From an uncultured Roseburia sp. (GTDB taxonomy: Bacteria > Bacillota > Clostridia > Lachnospirales > Lachnospiraceae), in the NCBI GenBank assembly GCA_934292805.1, contig CAKQXQ010000009.1, forward strand, positions 8,804 to 72,803: 64,000 nt of DNA. The letters run 5' to 3'. A model generated the notes under the pieces. That model was given only the letters and a program-made list of their open reading frames with translations, did no database searches and had not been told where the DNA came from. Below are positions 30,587-40,556 of the stretch, piece after piece. Positions within the stretch are counted from its first letter, which is position 1; every line of letters starts with the position of its first letter. Both the position numbers and the translations under genes were made by a program.

Positions 30587-31549
30587 TCAGATTCCCTTCT
30601 CTTTCAGGAAATCTACCCAGATGTTGTATTTGGATCCATAGAGATGCACCTCATCAAAAGTCAGGTCACTTCTCAAATTGCCTTCTTCATCACATACTAC
30701 ATCATTTACATCGATATAGAAAATATCCCTGTTATCCGCAAGCTGTGCGATCCGTTCATTTCTCTGTTCAATTCCCGTATTATTAAAGATTGGATCTTTA
30801 TCATTTTTTTCCCTGGATACTTTCATGATCCCCTGTACAAAAATGACTGCGTCCGGCTGTAACTGACGGAATTTTTCCACGGATTCCTCATACGCTGTCA
30901 TAAATCCATCCAGCGTTCCGCGACCCATTTCATTGATCCCGATCTGGAAATAAATCTTTCCATATTGTCTTGCCTTAAGGGCATCCTCTAATGTAACCTT
31001 TTCCCCATCCACTTCACAGAACTTCTCCGTCCAGAGATTGTAAACATTCATTCCTACCGTAGCATAAAATGTTGCATCATCAAGTCCGCCATAATCGTGC
31101 AGACCGACTGTCCTTGAATCTCCGATAAAAACTGCATCCTGGAAATAGCTGTCATCTACAGTGTGGAATGTCCGTACCTCCTCTGTTTCTGTCTCCAGTA
31201 TACTCTCTGTGCCATTCACACTTTCTGTTCCTGTTTCATTCCCGGCTGTCTCTGTGGCTTCGGTTCCGGCAATTTCGGTATTGGGAACTTCTGTTCCAAT
31301 CATACCATCATTCTTCTTTCGTTCTTCTGCAAGCTTTTCCCATTTGTCCCAGATAGATTCTCTCTCGCTGCTCCACGGATAGATGCCATCATGGATTCCC
31401 TGCAGCACAAGTACAAAGTATGGTGTTTTTCTTACATCGATCGTATATTGTCTGTAAATCGTATCTTTTCCAAGATAACCCATCACAGATAGTACGATCC
31501 AGCTTATCAAAATCAGAATCGTTATCCTGCAATATCTGATTTTTTTCAT
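30587..31549 (-). CDS. Membrane-anchored SGNH/GDSL-family protein with a Thr/Glu-rich linker
   Basis: SGNH blocks FIGDSR, GINE and DEVH, plus an N-terminal transmembrane helix. The start was set to the ATG at 31549; the ORF-track start is a TTG. Confidence 0.75.
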   Translation of the reverse strand: MKKIRYCRITILILISWIVLSVMGYLGKDTIYRQYTIDVRKTPYFVLVLQGIHDGIYPWSSERESIWDKWEKLAEERKKNDGMIGTEVPNTEIAGTEATETAGNETGTESVNGTESILETETEEVRTFHTVDDSYFQDAVFIGDSRTVGLHDYGGLDDATFYATVGMNVYNLWTEKFCEVDGEKVTLEDALKARQYGKIYFQIGINEMGRGTLDGFMTAYEESVEKFRQLQPDAVIFVQGIMKVSREKNDKDPIFNNTGIEQRNERIAQLADNRDIFYIDVNDVVCDEEGNLRSDLTFDEVHLYGSKYNIWVDFLKEKGI

Positions 31550-31566
31550 TCCTATCAAGTTCCTTT

Positions 31567-32919
31567 CTAAAAGTTAAAATATAAAAAAGGATTGTTTTCT
31601 GAAATGGCAAGGTAATACATGCTAAGTGCAAATATCGCTGCCACAACCGCTGTTCCGAGAATATTTTTCCTGATCAGCGTATATATTTTTGCAGGAAGCG
31701 GTGTTGCAAACAGAACTCCCAGTAACAGTAACTTCCAGTAATCATTCATATATTTCACAAAATCCACCGGATTTACAGTCTGCTTCGAAGCAGCGAAGAA
31801 TGGAAACATCCTGCTTAAATATACCCCCAGCTGTCCCACATCTGTGATCGTAAATGCCATCCATGTAACCGGTACTAATACGATCACATACAAATGAGAA
31901 AGTATCCTGCTTCTTTCCAGATAACGCAGTAAAAACAGCTTCTCCAATAAAAGGAGGGATAAAAGCATGCCACCCCAGATCAGGAAATTATAACCTGCTC
32001 CATGCCAGAGTGCTGTCAGTGACCAGACTACAAACAGATTGAATAAAGTTCTTCCTTTTCCTTTCCGGTTACCTCCAAGCGGAATATAAACATAATCGCG
32101 GAACCATCTTCCGAGTGTGATATGCCACCGGCGCCAGAATTCTGTTACAGATTTTGAAATATACGGAAAACGGAAGTTCACAGGGATCGTAAATCCAAGC
32201 ATCTTGCCAAGTCCGATTGCCATCATAGAGTAACCTGCAAAGTCAAAATACAGTTCCATGGAATATGCGATCGCTCCAAGCCAGGCTAATGGTGTGGAAA
32301 TACTTTCGAATCCGACTGCCCTGATATTATTCCATAACAGACCGATGCGGTCAGCAAGGATCACCTTGGATGCCAGACCAAGGATCAGTATCCTTACTCC
32401 CTGTTCTAAGTCGCGGACAGTGATCGTTCTCTTTTTCAGGCTTGCACTCACTTCCTCATAATTCACGATCGGTCCTGCGATCAGCTGTGGAAACATCGTC
32501 AGATACGTTCCGAGATTAATAACTGACTTTTCTGCCGGAACCCTGCCTCGATACACATCGATCACATATGCTGAGATCTGGAATGTATAAAAACTGATTC
32601 CCAATGGCAGCGATCCTGCAAGCCCACTGTATTTAAAGAAAAACAGCATTCCAAAATCATAGAATAAAGCCAGGCACAGCAGAAACGCCTGCCTTTTTCC
32701 TCGCCCTTCCTGTGCATCCGGATACATAAGCCTGCCGATCACATAATTTACAAGCACAGACATAAGAAGCAGAACCACATGCTCTGCCTCACCATATACG
32801 TAAAATACGATACTTCCTGCAAATAATACATGGTTACGCCATCTTGCAGGACAGATAAAATATATCACTAAAAAAACTGGTAAAAACCGAAATAAGAACT
32901 CAAAACTGCTGAATACCAT
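31567..32919 (-). CDS. MBOAT family O-acyltransferase (AlgI/DltB/PatA-like)
   Basis: Polytopic, with the conserved WHITLGRWFRDYVYIPLGGN histidine region. Confidence 0.9.
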   Translation of the reverse strand: MVFSSFEFLFRFLPVFLVIYFICPARWRNHVLFAGSIVFYVYGEAEHVVLLLMSVLVNYVIGRLMYPDAQEGRGKRQAFLLCLALFYDFGMLFFFKYSGLAGSLPLGISFYTFQISAYVIDVYRGRVPAEKSVINLGTYLTMFPQLIAGPIVNYEEVSASLKKRTITVRDLEQGVRILILGLASKVILADRIGLLWNNIRAVGFESISTPLAWLGAIAYSMELYFDFAGYSMMAIGLGKMLGFTIPVNFRFPYISKSVTEFWRRWHITLGRWFRDYVYIPLGGNRKGKGRTLFNLFVVWSLTALWHGAGYNFLIWGGMLLSLLLLEKLFLLRYLERSRILSHLYVIVLVPVTWMAFTITDVGQLGVYLSRMFPFFAASKQTVNPVDFVKYMNDYWKLLLLGVLFATPLPAKIYTLIRKNILGTAVVAAIFALSMYYLAISENNPFLYFNF

Positions 32920-33080
32920 AATACATCATTCTCTCATCCCAAATCTAACATCTATTGTATTCCTGTATACAATCACCCTAAGGCAGTACCTATTATAGAT
33001 GAAAAGAAAACGGGTTTCCATACTATTTTCAAAATGTATCAAAAATGTCATAAACCCTTCTTTTTGTAATGATTCTGTAA

Positions 33081-34388
33081 CTATTTTTCTGCCCCTGGAT
33101 CATTGCTTTTCTTATATTCACGCAACAGCTGTTCTATTTCCCCAATAAAATAGAGTGATCCGAAAACAACTGTTTTTTCTTCTGTCAAAATGGAAAAATC
33201 AGGCAGTGCTTCCTTTATATCCGAAAGTACTCCTGCATCCACACCATGCTTTCTGATGCATTCCGCAAGCTGCTTTGCCTGAAGTGCTCTCTCGCTCTCG
33301 ACCGTCACAGTTTTAAAGTCAAGGGCTAACGGCAGTAATTCCTCGATCATTGTTTCATAGTCTTTGTCTGCCATAACTCCCATGATAAAGTGAAATTTTT
33401 CTCCGGGATATAGTGTCATAAGACTGTTCTTCAAAGCATCTACACCATTTCCATTGTGTGCTCCGTCCAGAAGATAAAATGGATTCTCGCAGACTAACTG
33501 CATACGTCCCATCCATTCTGTCCTGTCAATTCCATTCTTTATCGCACGTAATATCTCCTGCTGCGGCATTTCCTGCATCTTCAGGAAATAATCTGCGGCG
33601 TACACAGCCGCTGCGGCGTTCTCATATTGGTGTACACCAAGCATGCGCATTGTAAATTCCCCATAATGATCCAGAGAGAAATGCTGTTTTTTTCCGACAG
33701 GAGGTAATATGTGGATCTGATCCCAGTCAATGATCTTTACATCCTTGATCTCTTTCTGACAAGCCACATCACACAGCACATCCAATGCTTCTTTTTCCTG
33801 GCTTTCCATCACAAGCTTTGTTCCTTTTTTCAGAATACCCGCCTTTTCTCCTGCAATCTGCGACAGCGTATTTCCAAGGATTGCCATATGATCAAATCCG
33901 ATCTTTGCGATCACTGTAACATCCGGAATTCCACATGCATTCGTAGAATCATATTTTCCACCAAGCCCTGTCTCTAAGACTACAACATCACATTGCTTCT
34001 CATTATAATAAAGCAGTGCCATTGCAAGACAGTAATCAAACATTGTCGGATAAACACCAAAATCAATGGACAGCAGCTCGTTTCCAATTCTTTCTACATC
34101 CTCTTGCGATATCATCTCGCCATTTATCTGGATCCGCTCCCTGAAATCTACAAGATGCGGTGAAGTAAACATCCCCACTTTTAATCCTGCCTGTTCAAAA
34201 ATTGAGTGCAAAAAAGCAGAGACACTCCCTTTGCCGTTTGTCCCTGCTATATGCACGATTTTTAAATCCTTCTCAGGATGGCCGAGTATTTCTAACATAC
34301 GCTCAGAAATCTCGACTCCTTTCAAATTTCCAAATCTTCTTTTGTTTTCAATTGTATTTACGACTTCTTTATAATTTAATTTCTGCAT
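33081..34388 (-). CDS. folC: Folylpolyglutamate synthase / dihydrofolate synthase
   Basis: Mur-ligase P-loop AGTNGKGS and a typical FolC length. Confidence 0.9.
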   Translation of the reverse strand: MQKLNYKEVVNTIENKRRFGNLKGVEISERMLEILGHPEKDLKIVHIAGTNGKGSVSAFLHSIFEQAGLKVGMFTSPHLVDFRERIQINGEMISQEDVERIGNELLSIDFGVYPTMFDYCLAMALLYYNEKQCDVVVLETGLGGKYDSTNACGIPDVTVIAKIGFDHMAILGNTLSQIAGEKAGILKKGTKLVMESQEKEALDVLCDVACQKEIKDVKIIDWDQIHILPPVGKKQHFSLDHYGEFTMRMLGVHQYENAAAAVYAADYFLKMQEMPQQEILRAIKNGIDRTEWMGRMQLVCENPFYLLDGAHNGNGVDALKNSLMTLYPGEKFHFIMGVMADKDYETMIEELLPLALDFKTVTVESERALQAKQLAECIRKHGVDAGVLSDIKEALPDFSILTEEKTVVFGSLYFIGEIEQLLREYKKSNDPGAEK

Positions 34389-34393
34389 CCTGA

Positions 34394-35236
34394 CTATACT
34401 GCCATGATCACTCCACCATCGTTCGCATACATGCTGCTGACACCCGCGGTATCTAAAATGATGATTTTTTTGAACTTTGCAATCTGTTCAATCTTTTCCT
34501 TCACTGCTTTTGCACGTTCCGGACAATTGCAGTGGGAGATTGCAAGAATACGGTTCTCGCAGTCCTTTGTGCGCGATACCATTGCCTTAATCATCTTTTC
34601 CAGTGCCTTATTCATTCCCCGCGCCTGATCGAGCTGGCAGATTAAGCCCTCCTTTGTCGAGCCCATAACCGGCTTAATATTTAATGTGTTGGCGATAAAC
34701 GCCTTAAGATTGGAAAGTCTTCCATTCTTTCTTAAAGTCTCTAAAGTCTCTAAAACAAAATAGGTATTCATAGAGGAAATATAAGCCTCTACTTTCTCTA
34801 CTACTTCTTCAAATGAGCAGCCTGCCTCTTCATATTCCTGAATCTTCATTCCGATAATTGTCTCACCGATAGAAGCAGATTTTGAATTGAATACATGGAT
34901 TTTTTTCCCATCCTTATATTCTTCTTCGTACAGGTTCTTTCCAAGAACAGCACTATTATAGGATCCACTGAGTTCACCTGACAATGTTACCGCATAGACA
35001 TGGGAAGCTTCCCCTTTATATGCCGCCATATATTGCTCCGGTGAAGGGCAGGAAGATTTCGGTCCCTTTGTGCTCTCTTTTACTCTTCTTAAAAAGTCAT
35101 GCTGATCAAATGTCTCATCGTCCACGATACGTGTACCCTCAACCAAAAGTTCCAGGGACACTGTTTCGAAAAATCCGCTCTTTTTCTGCTCTTCTGTCAG
35201 TTCTCCACAACTGTCGATAATTATTTTATACATCAT
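34394..35236 (-). CDS. DegV family fatty-acid-binding protein
   Basis: DegV-type N-terminus (IIIDSCGEL) and about 280 aa. Confidence 0.88.
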   Translation of the reverse strand: MMYKIIIDSCGELTEEQKKSGFFETVSLELLVEGTRIVDDETFDQHDFLRRVKESTKGPKSSCPSPEQYMAAYKGEASHVYAVTLSGELSGSYNSAVLGKNLYEEEYKDGKKIHVFNSKSASIGETIIGMKIQEYEEAGCSFEEVVEKVEAYISSMNTYFVLETLETLRKNGRLSNLKAFIANTLNIKPVMGSTKEGLICQLDQARGMNKALEKMIKAMVSRTKDCENRILAISHCNCPERAKAVKEKIEQIAKFKKIIILDTAGVSSMYANDGGVIMAV

Positions 35237-35399
35237 ACCCTCCGTTTACCAGTTATTATGGTTTCATATATTTTAAAAATAAGTTTTCATTTCTTTTATA
35301 TGTAGTATTGCATACTACGTAACATTATCATAAAAACTTTATTTTGTATAGAGGGTATTTTATTTTTCCATAAAATATATAATACCGGCTGTCTGTACT

Positions 35400-36614
35400 T
35401 TAAAATTTAATCGTAAGAACATTCTGCGTGTCATCTTCAATATAATATAAAGATGTCATTTCCTTGCAATAATCAATGATATGCTGCTCTGTGATAAAAT
35501 ATCGAAATGCCTCCTCGTACTCCGTCCGGTCTTTGAATTTTATCGAACAGAATTCTGCACCGCCATAATATGCATCTGCAAGGATCTGCCCGGCTGCCTG
35601 CGCATCCCATTGCGGAAGGAACAGATTCTCATGCACATAATAATTATCCTTTACTGCTGTACACACCGGAAGAATGATCTCATCATCCGCATGATGTGTG
35701 ACCTCGATTTCTTCTGTTGTAACTGCAAAATAATTATAATTGATATAATTTGAGGAAATTCCTGACTCGCCACTGTAAGTAGCATTCCCCCATGTGGTAT
35801 CTATATAATAATATTCCCCATCCAGCCTGACAATATTCCATGCATGGGCAGTATTGTTCGCTTCGCCACTTACGATCGCACAGATAATTCCCAGCTTTTC
35901 CAGAAGGTACTGCGTTGCACACGCATATCCCTGACATACAGTAGCCTTATTTAAGAAAACACTGATTATGTTCTGATTGTCGGATGCCTGTGTATCATAG
36001 GATATCTCAGATGCCAGATAATCAAATACATACTTCGCTTTCTCATAATCAGATGCATCTGGCATAATTCCATTCAGGATCCCCTTCACTGCGGCATCTA
36101 TCTGTTCCTGCAATGTTTCCTTTTCCTGCTGCTCCATCGTATATTTCGGAGAGAACCGGATACGCACCAGCTCTTCTCCTCTTGTATACTGTGTATAGGA
36201 ATACCCACTGATCCAGAACAATCCACCGTGATCTGCCATCACACAATGGTACGCTTTATCAAGTATTTCTTTATCCAGCGTACTGACAACAATATCCTTT
36301 TCATATGAAGTGATCGCATCATAGATTTCATTGTAAACATCTCTCTCATTCTGCGGCAATGTCTGATAGGCATATCTTAAATCCGGCTGCCCATTTTCCT
36401 CTTCCGTATTTGCCCTTGCTGCTTCACTTTCTGAGTTCTCATATATACTCTCTGTCTGTGCTTCTTCCCGTCCAGTCAATAACTCCTGCCCGGACTTTTG
36501 TAGAAGACCGGAAAAAAAATCTTTTTCTGCAGCACATCCGGTAAAAACAGATGCAAACATCAATGTAACACTCAAAATTACAGAAAAAATTCTTTTCTTC
36601 AAATTACGCTCCAT
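35400..36614 (-). CDS. Transglutaminase-like domain lipoprotein
   Basis: Lipobox VFTGC. The transglutaminase-core Cys (CQGYA) and His (HAWN) are present. Confidence 0.75.
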   Translation of the reverse strand: MERNLKKRIFSVILSVTLMFASVFTGCAAEKDFFSGLLQKSGQELLTGREEAQTESIYENSESEAARANTEEENGQPDLRYAYQTLPQNERDVYNEIYDAITSYEKDIVVSTLDKEILDKAYHCVMADHGGLFWISGYSYTQYTRGEELVRIRFSPKYTMEQQEKETLQEQIDAAVKGILNGIMPDASDYEKAKYVFDYLASEISYDTQASDNQNIISVFLNKATVCQGYACATQYLLEKLGIICAIVSGEANNTAHAWNIVRLDGEYYYIDTTWGNATYSGESGISSNYINYNYFAVTTEEIEVTHHADDEIILPVCTAVKDNYYVHENLFLPQWDAQAAGQILADAYYGGAEFCSIKFKDRTEYEEAFRYFITEQHIIDYCKEMTSLYYIEDDTQNVLTIKF

Positions 36615-37894
36615 TATTTAAAATATACAGTTACCAGATTTTTTAAAGCATCCTGATCACAGGCTGCCATCAGTTCTCTTGCTGAATGCATTGCTAAAAG
36701 CGGTATACCAACATCCACTGTTTTCACCGGAAGCAATGCAGATGCGATCGATCCTAATGTTCCGCCACCTGCCATATCTGAACGGTTCACAAATTTCTGA
36801 TACGGTATATGGTTTTCATCGCAAAGCTGCTGGATCACTGCAATCGCTCCACAGTCTGTAGCATAGGACTGTGAGCATGCTTCTTTGATGCAGAATCCTT
36901 TTCCAAGAACCGGCTTGTTTGTAGGATCCATCTTTTCCGCATAATTCGGATGCAAACCATGTGCAACATCTACTGACAGGATCATACTATTGTAAATCAG
37001 ACTCTGTGGCTGCTTTCCATATCCACATACGTCTAAAATACGTAAAAGCATATCGTGGAGTAAAATCGATCCTGCACCCTGTTTGGATCCGCTTCCGATC
37101 TCCTCATGATCAAACAGAGCGATCACATTCATTCCGTCTTTTCTGTCACTCTCAATGATTGCAGATACGAGTGCAGAACAGGAATTGAGATTATCCAGTC
37201 TGGATGCTGAGATGAATTCATCATTCAATCCGACAAATTCCGGTTTTTCCTTATTATATACAGTCAGTTCAAAATCCAGAATATCTTCTTTCTTTACAGA
37301 CAGTTCTTTTGCAAGGAACTCCAGAAACGTATCCGCATCCGCCTTACCATCTGTCAGTCCACAAATAGGGAGCATCTGCGTCTGTCTGTTCAGTTCCACT
37401 CCTTTGTTTACCTCACGGTTCATATGAATTGCAAGATTCGGTATTGTCATCAGATTCTTTTCGGACTGGAAACGCAGCACCTCCGGTGAAAATGCATCCT
37501 TTCCTCTGACTGCAACTCTTCCTGCCACACCGAGTGGACGATCCAGCCATGTATTAAGGATCGCTCCGCCATAAACTTCAACATTCACCTGTGCATATAC
37601 ATTTGTCTTAATGTCACAGGATGGCTTGATCCTAAGGCATGGGAAATCTGTGTGTGCCGCTGCGATCCTTATCACCGGTTCCTTTTTCCCCCAGTTCTCC
37701 GGTACGGAAAAAGCAAATAATGTTGTCTCATGATGATTGATCACATATCGGTGTCCCGGAACAAGTTTCCACTCTGTTCCATAATCTAACAATTCAAAGC
37801 CTGCCTCTGTCAGTCTTTTCTCACATGCACTTACTGCATGTGCCGGTGAAATTCCGTTTTCTAATAATTCAAATAATTTTTCTGCTTCTGTCAT
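36614..37894 (-). CDS. M18 family aminopeptidase
   Basis: Full-length similarity to aspartyl-aminopeptidase-type M18 enzymes. Its stop overlaps the next gene's start (TAATG). Confidence 0.88.
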   Translation of the reverse strand: MTEAEKLFELLENGISPAHAVSACEKRLTEAGFELLDYGTEWKLVPGHRYVINHHETTLFAFSVPENWGKKEPVIRIAAAHTDFPCLRIKPSCDIKTNVYAQVNVEVYGGAILNTWLDRPLGVAGRVAVRGKDAFSPEVLRFQSEKNLMTIPNLAIHMNREVNKGVELNRQTQMLPICGLTDGKADADTFLEFLAKELSVKKEDILDFELTVYNKEKPEFVGLNDEFISASRLDNLNSCSALVSAIIESDRKDGMNVIALFDHEEIGSGSKQGAGSILLHDMLLRILDVCGYGKQPQSLIYNSMILSVDVAHGLHPNYAEKMDPTNKPVLGKGFCIKEACSQSYATDCGAIAVIQQLCDENHIPYQKFVNRSDMAGGGTLGSIASALLPVKTVDVGIPLLAMHSARELMAACDQDALKNLVTVYFK

Positions 37895-37932
37895 CTTGTT
37901 TCTCCTATTTTCTATTATTTTCTATTATTTTC

Positions 37933-38868
37933 TTATATTGTAATTCCAAATTCTTCCGGCAAAAAACGCGGGCATACATTTTCAGAAGATGTGATCACGG
38001 ATGCTGCCAGCCTTGTTCCGATCCCAACCGCCTCTGAAAGCGTTTTTCCGTAAGTAAGTCCTGCTGATACGCCTGCACAGAATGCATCTCCTGCTCCGGT
38101 TGTATCCTTCACCTGAACCTTTTGGGCTGGAACAAATCCCTTTTCTCCATGGATATCTGCATAGACAGCCCCTTCTTTGCCCATCGTAACTACCATTGCC
38201 GGAATATTGGCTGCTTTCAGTCTTTCACTTAAAATCCCGGTCAGTTCCTCCGGGCTCTTTTCCATATAATCATCTGTAAAGAAAATGCCTGCTTCCAGCT
38301 GATTGCAGATAAAACAGTCGAATTTCTGAAGGAGGTCCCTGCGTTCTACCGCAATGCTCATATTACTCACTACACCATATAATTTTCTGTGGTGCTTTTC
38401 GCAAAGCTGTACCACTTTTTTGATGATCTCCTTATCCATATCAACCTCTGCCACAACCGCATCACATTCCCCTATGATCTCGTCGCCCTTTTCTTCCAGC
38501 ATATCGAGAATCGGTGCCAGATTCGGTCGCTGGGAAATCGAACCTGCAAGATCACCGTTATTATCAAACACTGCCAGCCAGGTTCCCATTCCATTTGGAA
38601 TTGTCTGCATATATTCGGTATTTACCTTGTGTCGTCTCAGTTTACGCTCTACATCTTCACCCAGTGCCGAGTCATCTACAATTCCAAGAAATGTCGGCCG
38701 CAATTCCAGATTTGCAATATCCTCAACTACATTCCGGCTCACTCCGCCATGGATATATTCCACATGGCCTGCATTTCTGCCATCCGGAACATAAACATCT
38801 TCCGGGAATCCTTTAATATCCACAAACACTGCTCCTAACACAACGATCCCGTTTTTATTTCCTGCCAT
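37933..38868 (-). CDS. PfkB family carbohydrate or nucleoside kinase
   Basis: C-terminal DTTGAGDAF signature. The start is either the ATG at 38868 or the one at 38901; neither has a strong SD. Confidence 0.8.
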   Translation of the reverse strand: MAGNKNGIVVLGAVFVDIKGFPEDVYVPDGRNAGHVEYIHGGVSRNVVEDIANLELRPTFLGIVDDSALGEDVERKLRRHKVNTEYMQTIPNGMGTWLAVFDNNGDLAGSISQRPNLAPILDMLEEKGDEIIGECDAVVAEVDMDKEIIKKVVQLCEKHHRKLYGVVSNMSIAVERRDLLQKFDCFICNQLEAGIFFTDDYMEKSPEELTGILSERLKAANIPAMVVTMGKEGAVYADIHGEKGFVPAQKVQVKDTTGAGDAFCAGVSAGLTYGKTLSEAVGIGTRLAASVITSSENVCPRFLPEEFGITI

Positions 38869-38985
38869 ATTTTCTGTCGCCTTTCTTTTGTACCTGTTCA
38901 AATCGAATGCTTTATAACTATACTACACCTTGACAGTATATTTCAACACTCATCTCCGCCACATCCAAAATGTCTTCCCTCTCTC

Positions 38986-39045
38986 CTCAAAAATGCGCAA
39001 TCATTATACAGACAATAGAACCGTCCCTATAATAATTGCGCATTT
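38986..39045 (-). terminator. Long-stem intrinsic terminator after the CarD-family gene
   Basis: An 18-bp stem (including one G-U) pairs 38991-39008 with 39028-39045. UUUUU follows in minus sense. Confidence 0.7.
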
Positions 39046-39077
39046 CCACTAATAACATTGTTCTGCCCACAGATTCC

Positions 39078-39581
39078 TTAAATCTTTTCCAACTGGCTGC
39101 AGATAAATGCTTCCATCTCTTTTTTTGGTACTCCAAGGATCAGTGAGAGTTCACTATAAAGCTCATTCTCGGTTGCTTTCAGATATCTTTCATCCAGGGA
39201 TGTGATCTTCTTTCCCTGAGCAATCCGTTCTTTCTTTCGGTTGTATAATGTCTTGACAATGCTGATCCATGCACGGTAATCGCAGGTTTTTAATGCTTCT
39301 TTGTACTTCAGTTCGCGCTTCTTTTCATCAGTGATCCATAATACTTCTATCTTCGGCATTTCCTGTATAAGAGCTTCTGCTTCTTCTCTTGTGATCACTT
39401 TACGCATAGCAACCTTTTCATTATCTACAGGTGCATAGATTTTTCCTTTTTCATCGCCAAACGGAGCAAGCACATAATATAATTTTTCCTTATTGCTTCC
39501 AGGGATATTAATATGCGTAATATCTTCTATACGACACACTCCTTTGCTTCCATAAACAATATATTCCCCTACTTCGAACAT
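39078..39581 (-). CDS. CarD family transcriptional regulator
   Basis: N-terminal FEVGEYIVY…GVCRIEDI CarD/TRCF-RID-like domain. The start was set to the ATG at 39581, behind AAAGGAGAA; the ORF-track start is a TTG. Confidence 0.85.
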   Translation of the reverse strand: MFEVGEYIVYGSKGVCRIEDITHINIPGSNKEKLYYVLAPFGDEKGKIYAPVDNEKVAMRKVITREEAEALIQEMPKIEVLWITDEKKRELKYKEALKTCDYRAWISIVKTLYNRKKERIAQGKKITSLDERYLKATENELYSELSLILGVPKKEMEAFICSQLEKI

Positions 39582-39735
39582 TTTTTTGATTCTCCTTTCT
39601 TGCAATTTTCAATCGTTCCGCATATATTCTCATTCTACCACGTTTTTACCCAAAAAATCAGTTTCTTTTTTGCTTTTTGAGAATTTTTGTGAATTATGTA
39701 ACAAAATAGCGGTCTGTTTTATTGTAAAAATTACA

Positions 39736-39780
39736 TAAAAAAGCCAGGTTCTATTACGTCATATGTAATAGTTCCCGGCT
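39736..39780 (-). terminator. Intrinsic terminator after trmK (end of the dgt-dnaG-sigA-trmK block)
   Basis: A 16-bp stem with a 2x2 internal loop pairs 39742-39757 with 39765-39780. U6 follows in minus sense. Confidence 0.65.
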
Positions 39781-39805
39781 CTTCTTTCATTTTATGACAT
39801 GAAAA

Positions 39806-40555
39806 TCACTCAAAACACTTTCTGGCTGCCCTGTTATACCTTAACAGTTCCTGTACTTCTTTCAGACGTACAAATATTTTTTCTGAGGCTGCCTGTTTTT
39901 GCAGATTCTTTTCGATATCTGTATAAATCCTATTTTCTTTTTCAAGGTATGTTTTCAACACTGGATGCTGATTTTTTAAGAGCAGTCCACCATAAAGGTT
40001 GAAAAGTTTAAAAGGATCCACATCCTGTATTTTCGGTAAATCCTGCTTCTTTTCTCTGAGTTTTTCCAAAGCTTCTCCTGTATATCTTACCTTCATCATC
40101 GGATAAAACTTGTCTTCTTCAAAAACCATATCTTCTGCAAGGATCTCATATCCTTCTTCCTCTAAAAACGCACGGACACGTTCCAATTCTGACTGTGGCT
40201 GTAAGATCAGTTCCTTCGCTGCGTGGCAGACTTCTTCTCCATCCTTTAAAATATGCATTACAAGTCCGCCGCCCATTCCTGCAATAAGGATCGCATCTGC
40301 TTCTCCCGGCTTCATTGCAGCCACTCCGTCTGAAAGACGGGTTTTAATGTATGTATCCATTCCATACAATGTTATGTGTTCTCTGGCCCGCTCAAGAGGT
40401 CCTTCATTGATATCCATTGCGATCGCAGAAGGTATTCTCTTTTGTTCCATCAGATAAATCGGAACATATCCATGATCTGTCCCGACATCTGCAAGGATCA
40501 TTCCTTCAGATACCAAAGATGCCGCTGTCATAAGCCTGTTCGATATTTTTACCAT
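39806..40555 (-). CDS. trmK: tRNA (adenine22-N1)-methyltransferase
   Basis: Motif LADVGTDHGYVPIYL. Its position directly after sigA matches other Firmicutes. Confidence 0.85.
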   Translation of the reverse strand: MVKISNRLMTAASLVSEGMILADVGTDHGYVPIYLMEQKRIPSAIAMDINEGPLERAREHITLYGMDTYIKTRLSDGVAAMKPGEADAILIAGMGGGLVMHILKDGEEVCHAAKELILQPQSELERVRAFLEEEGYEILAEDMVFEEDKFYPMMKVRYTGEALEKLREKKQDLPKIQDVDPFKLFNLYGGLLLKNQHPVLKTYLEKENRIYTDIEKNLQKQAASEKIFVRLKEVQELLRYNRAARKCFE

Positions 40556-40556
40556 T

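Noticed and set aside
31389-31646. 85-aa minus-strand ORF across the MBOAT/SGNH junction
   Set aside because: It is in an alternative frame, overlapping two genes that each have clear family signatures.
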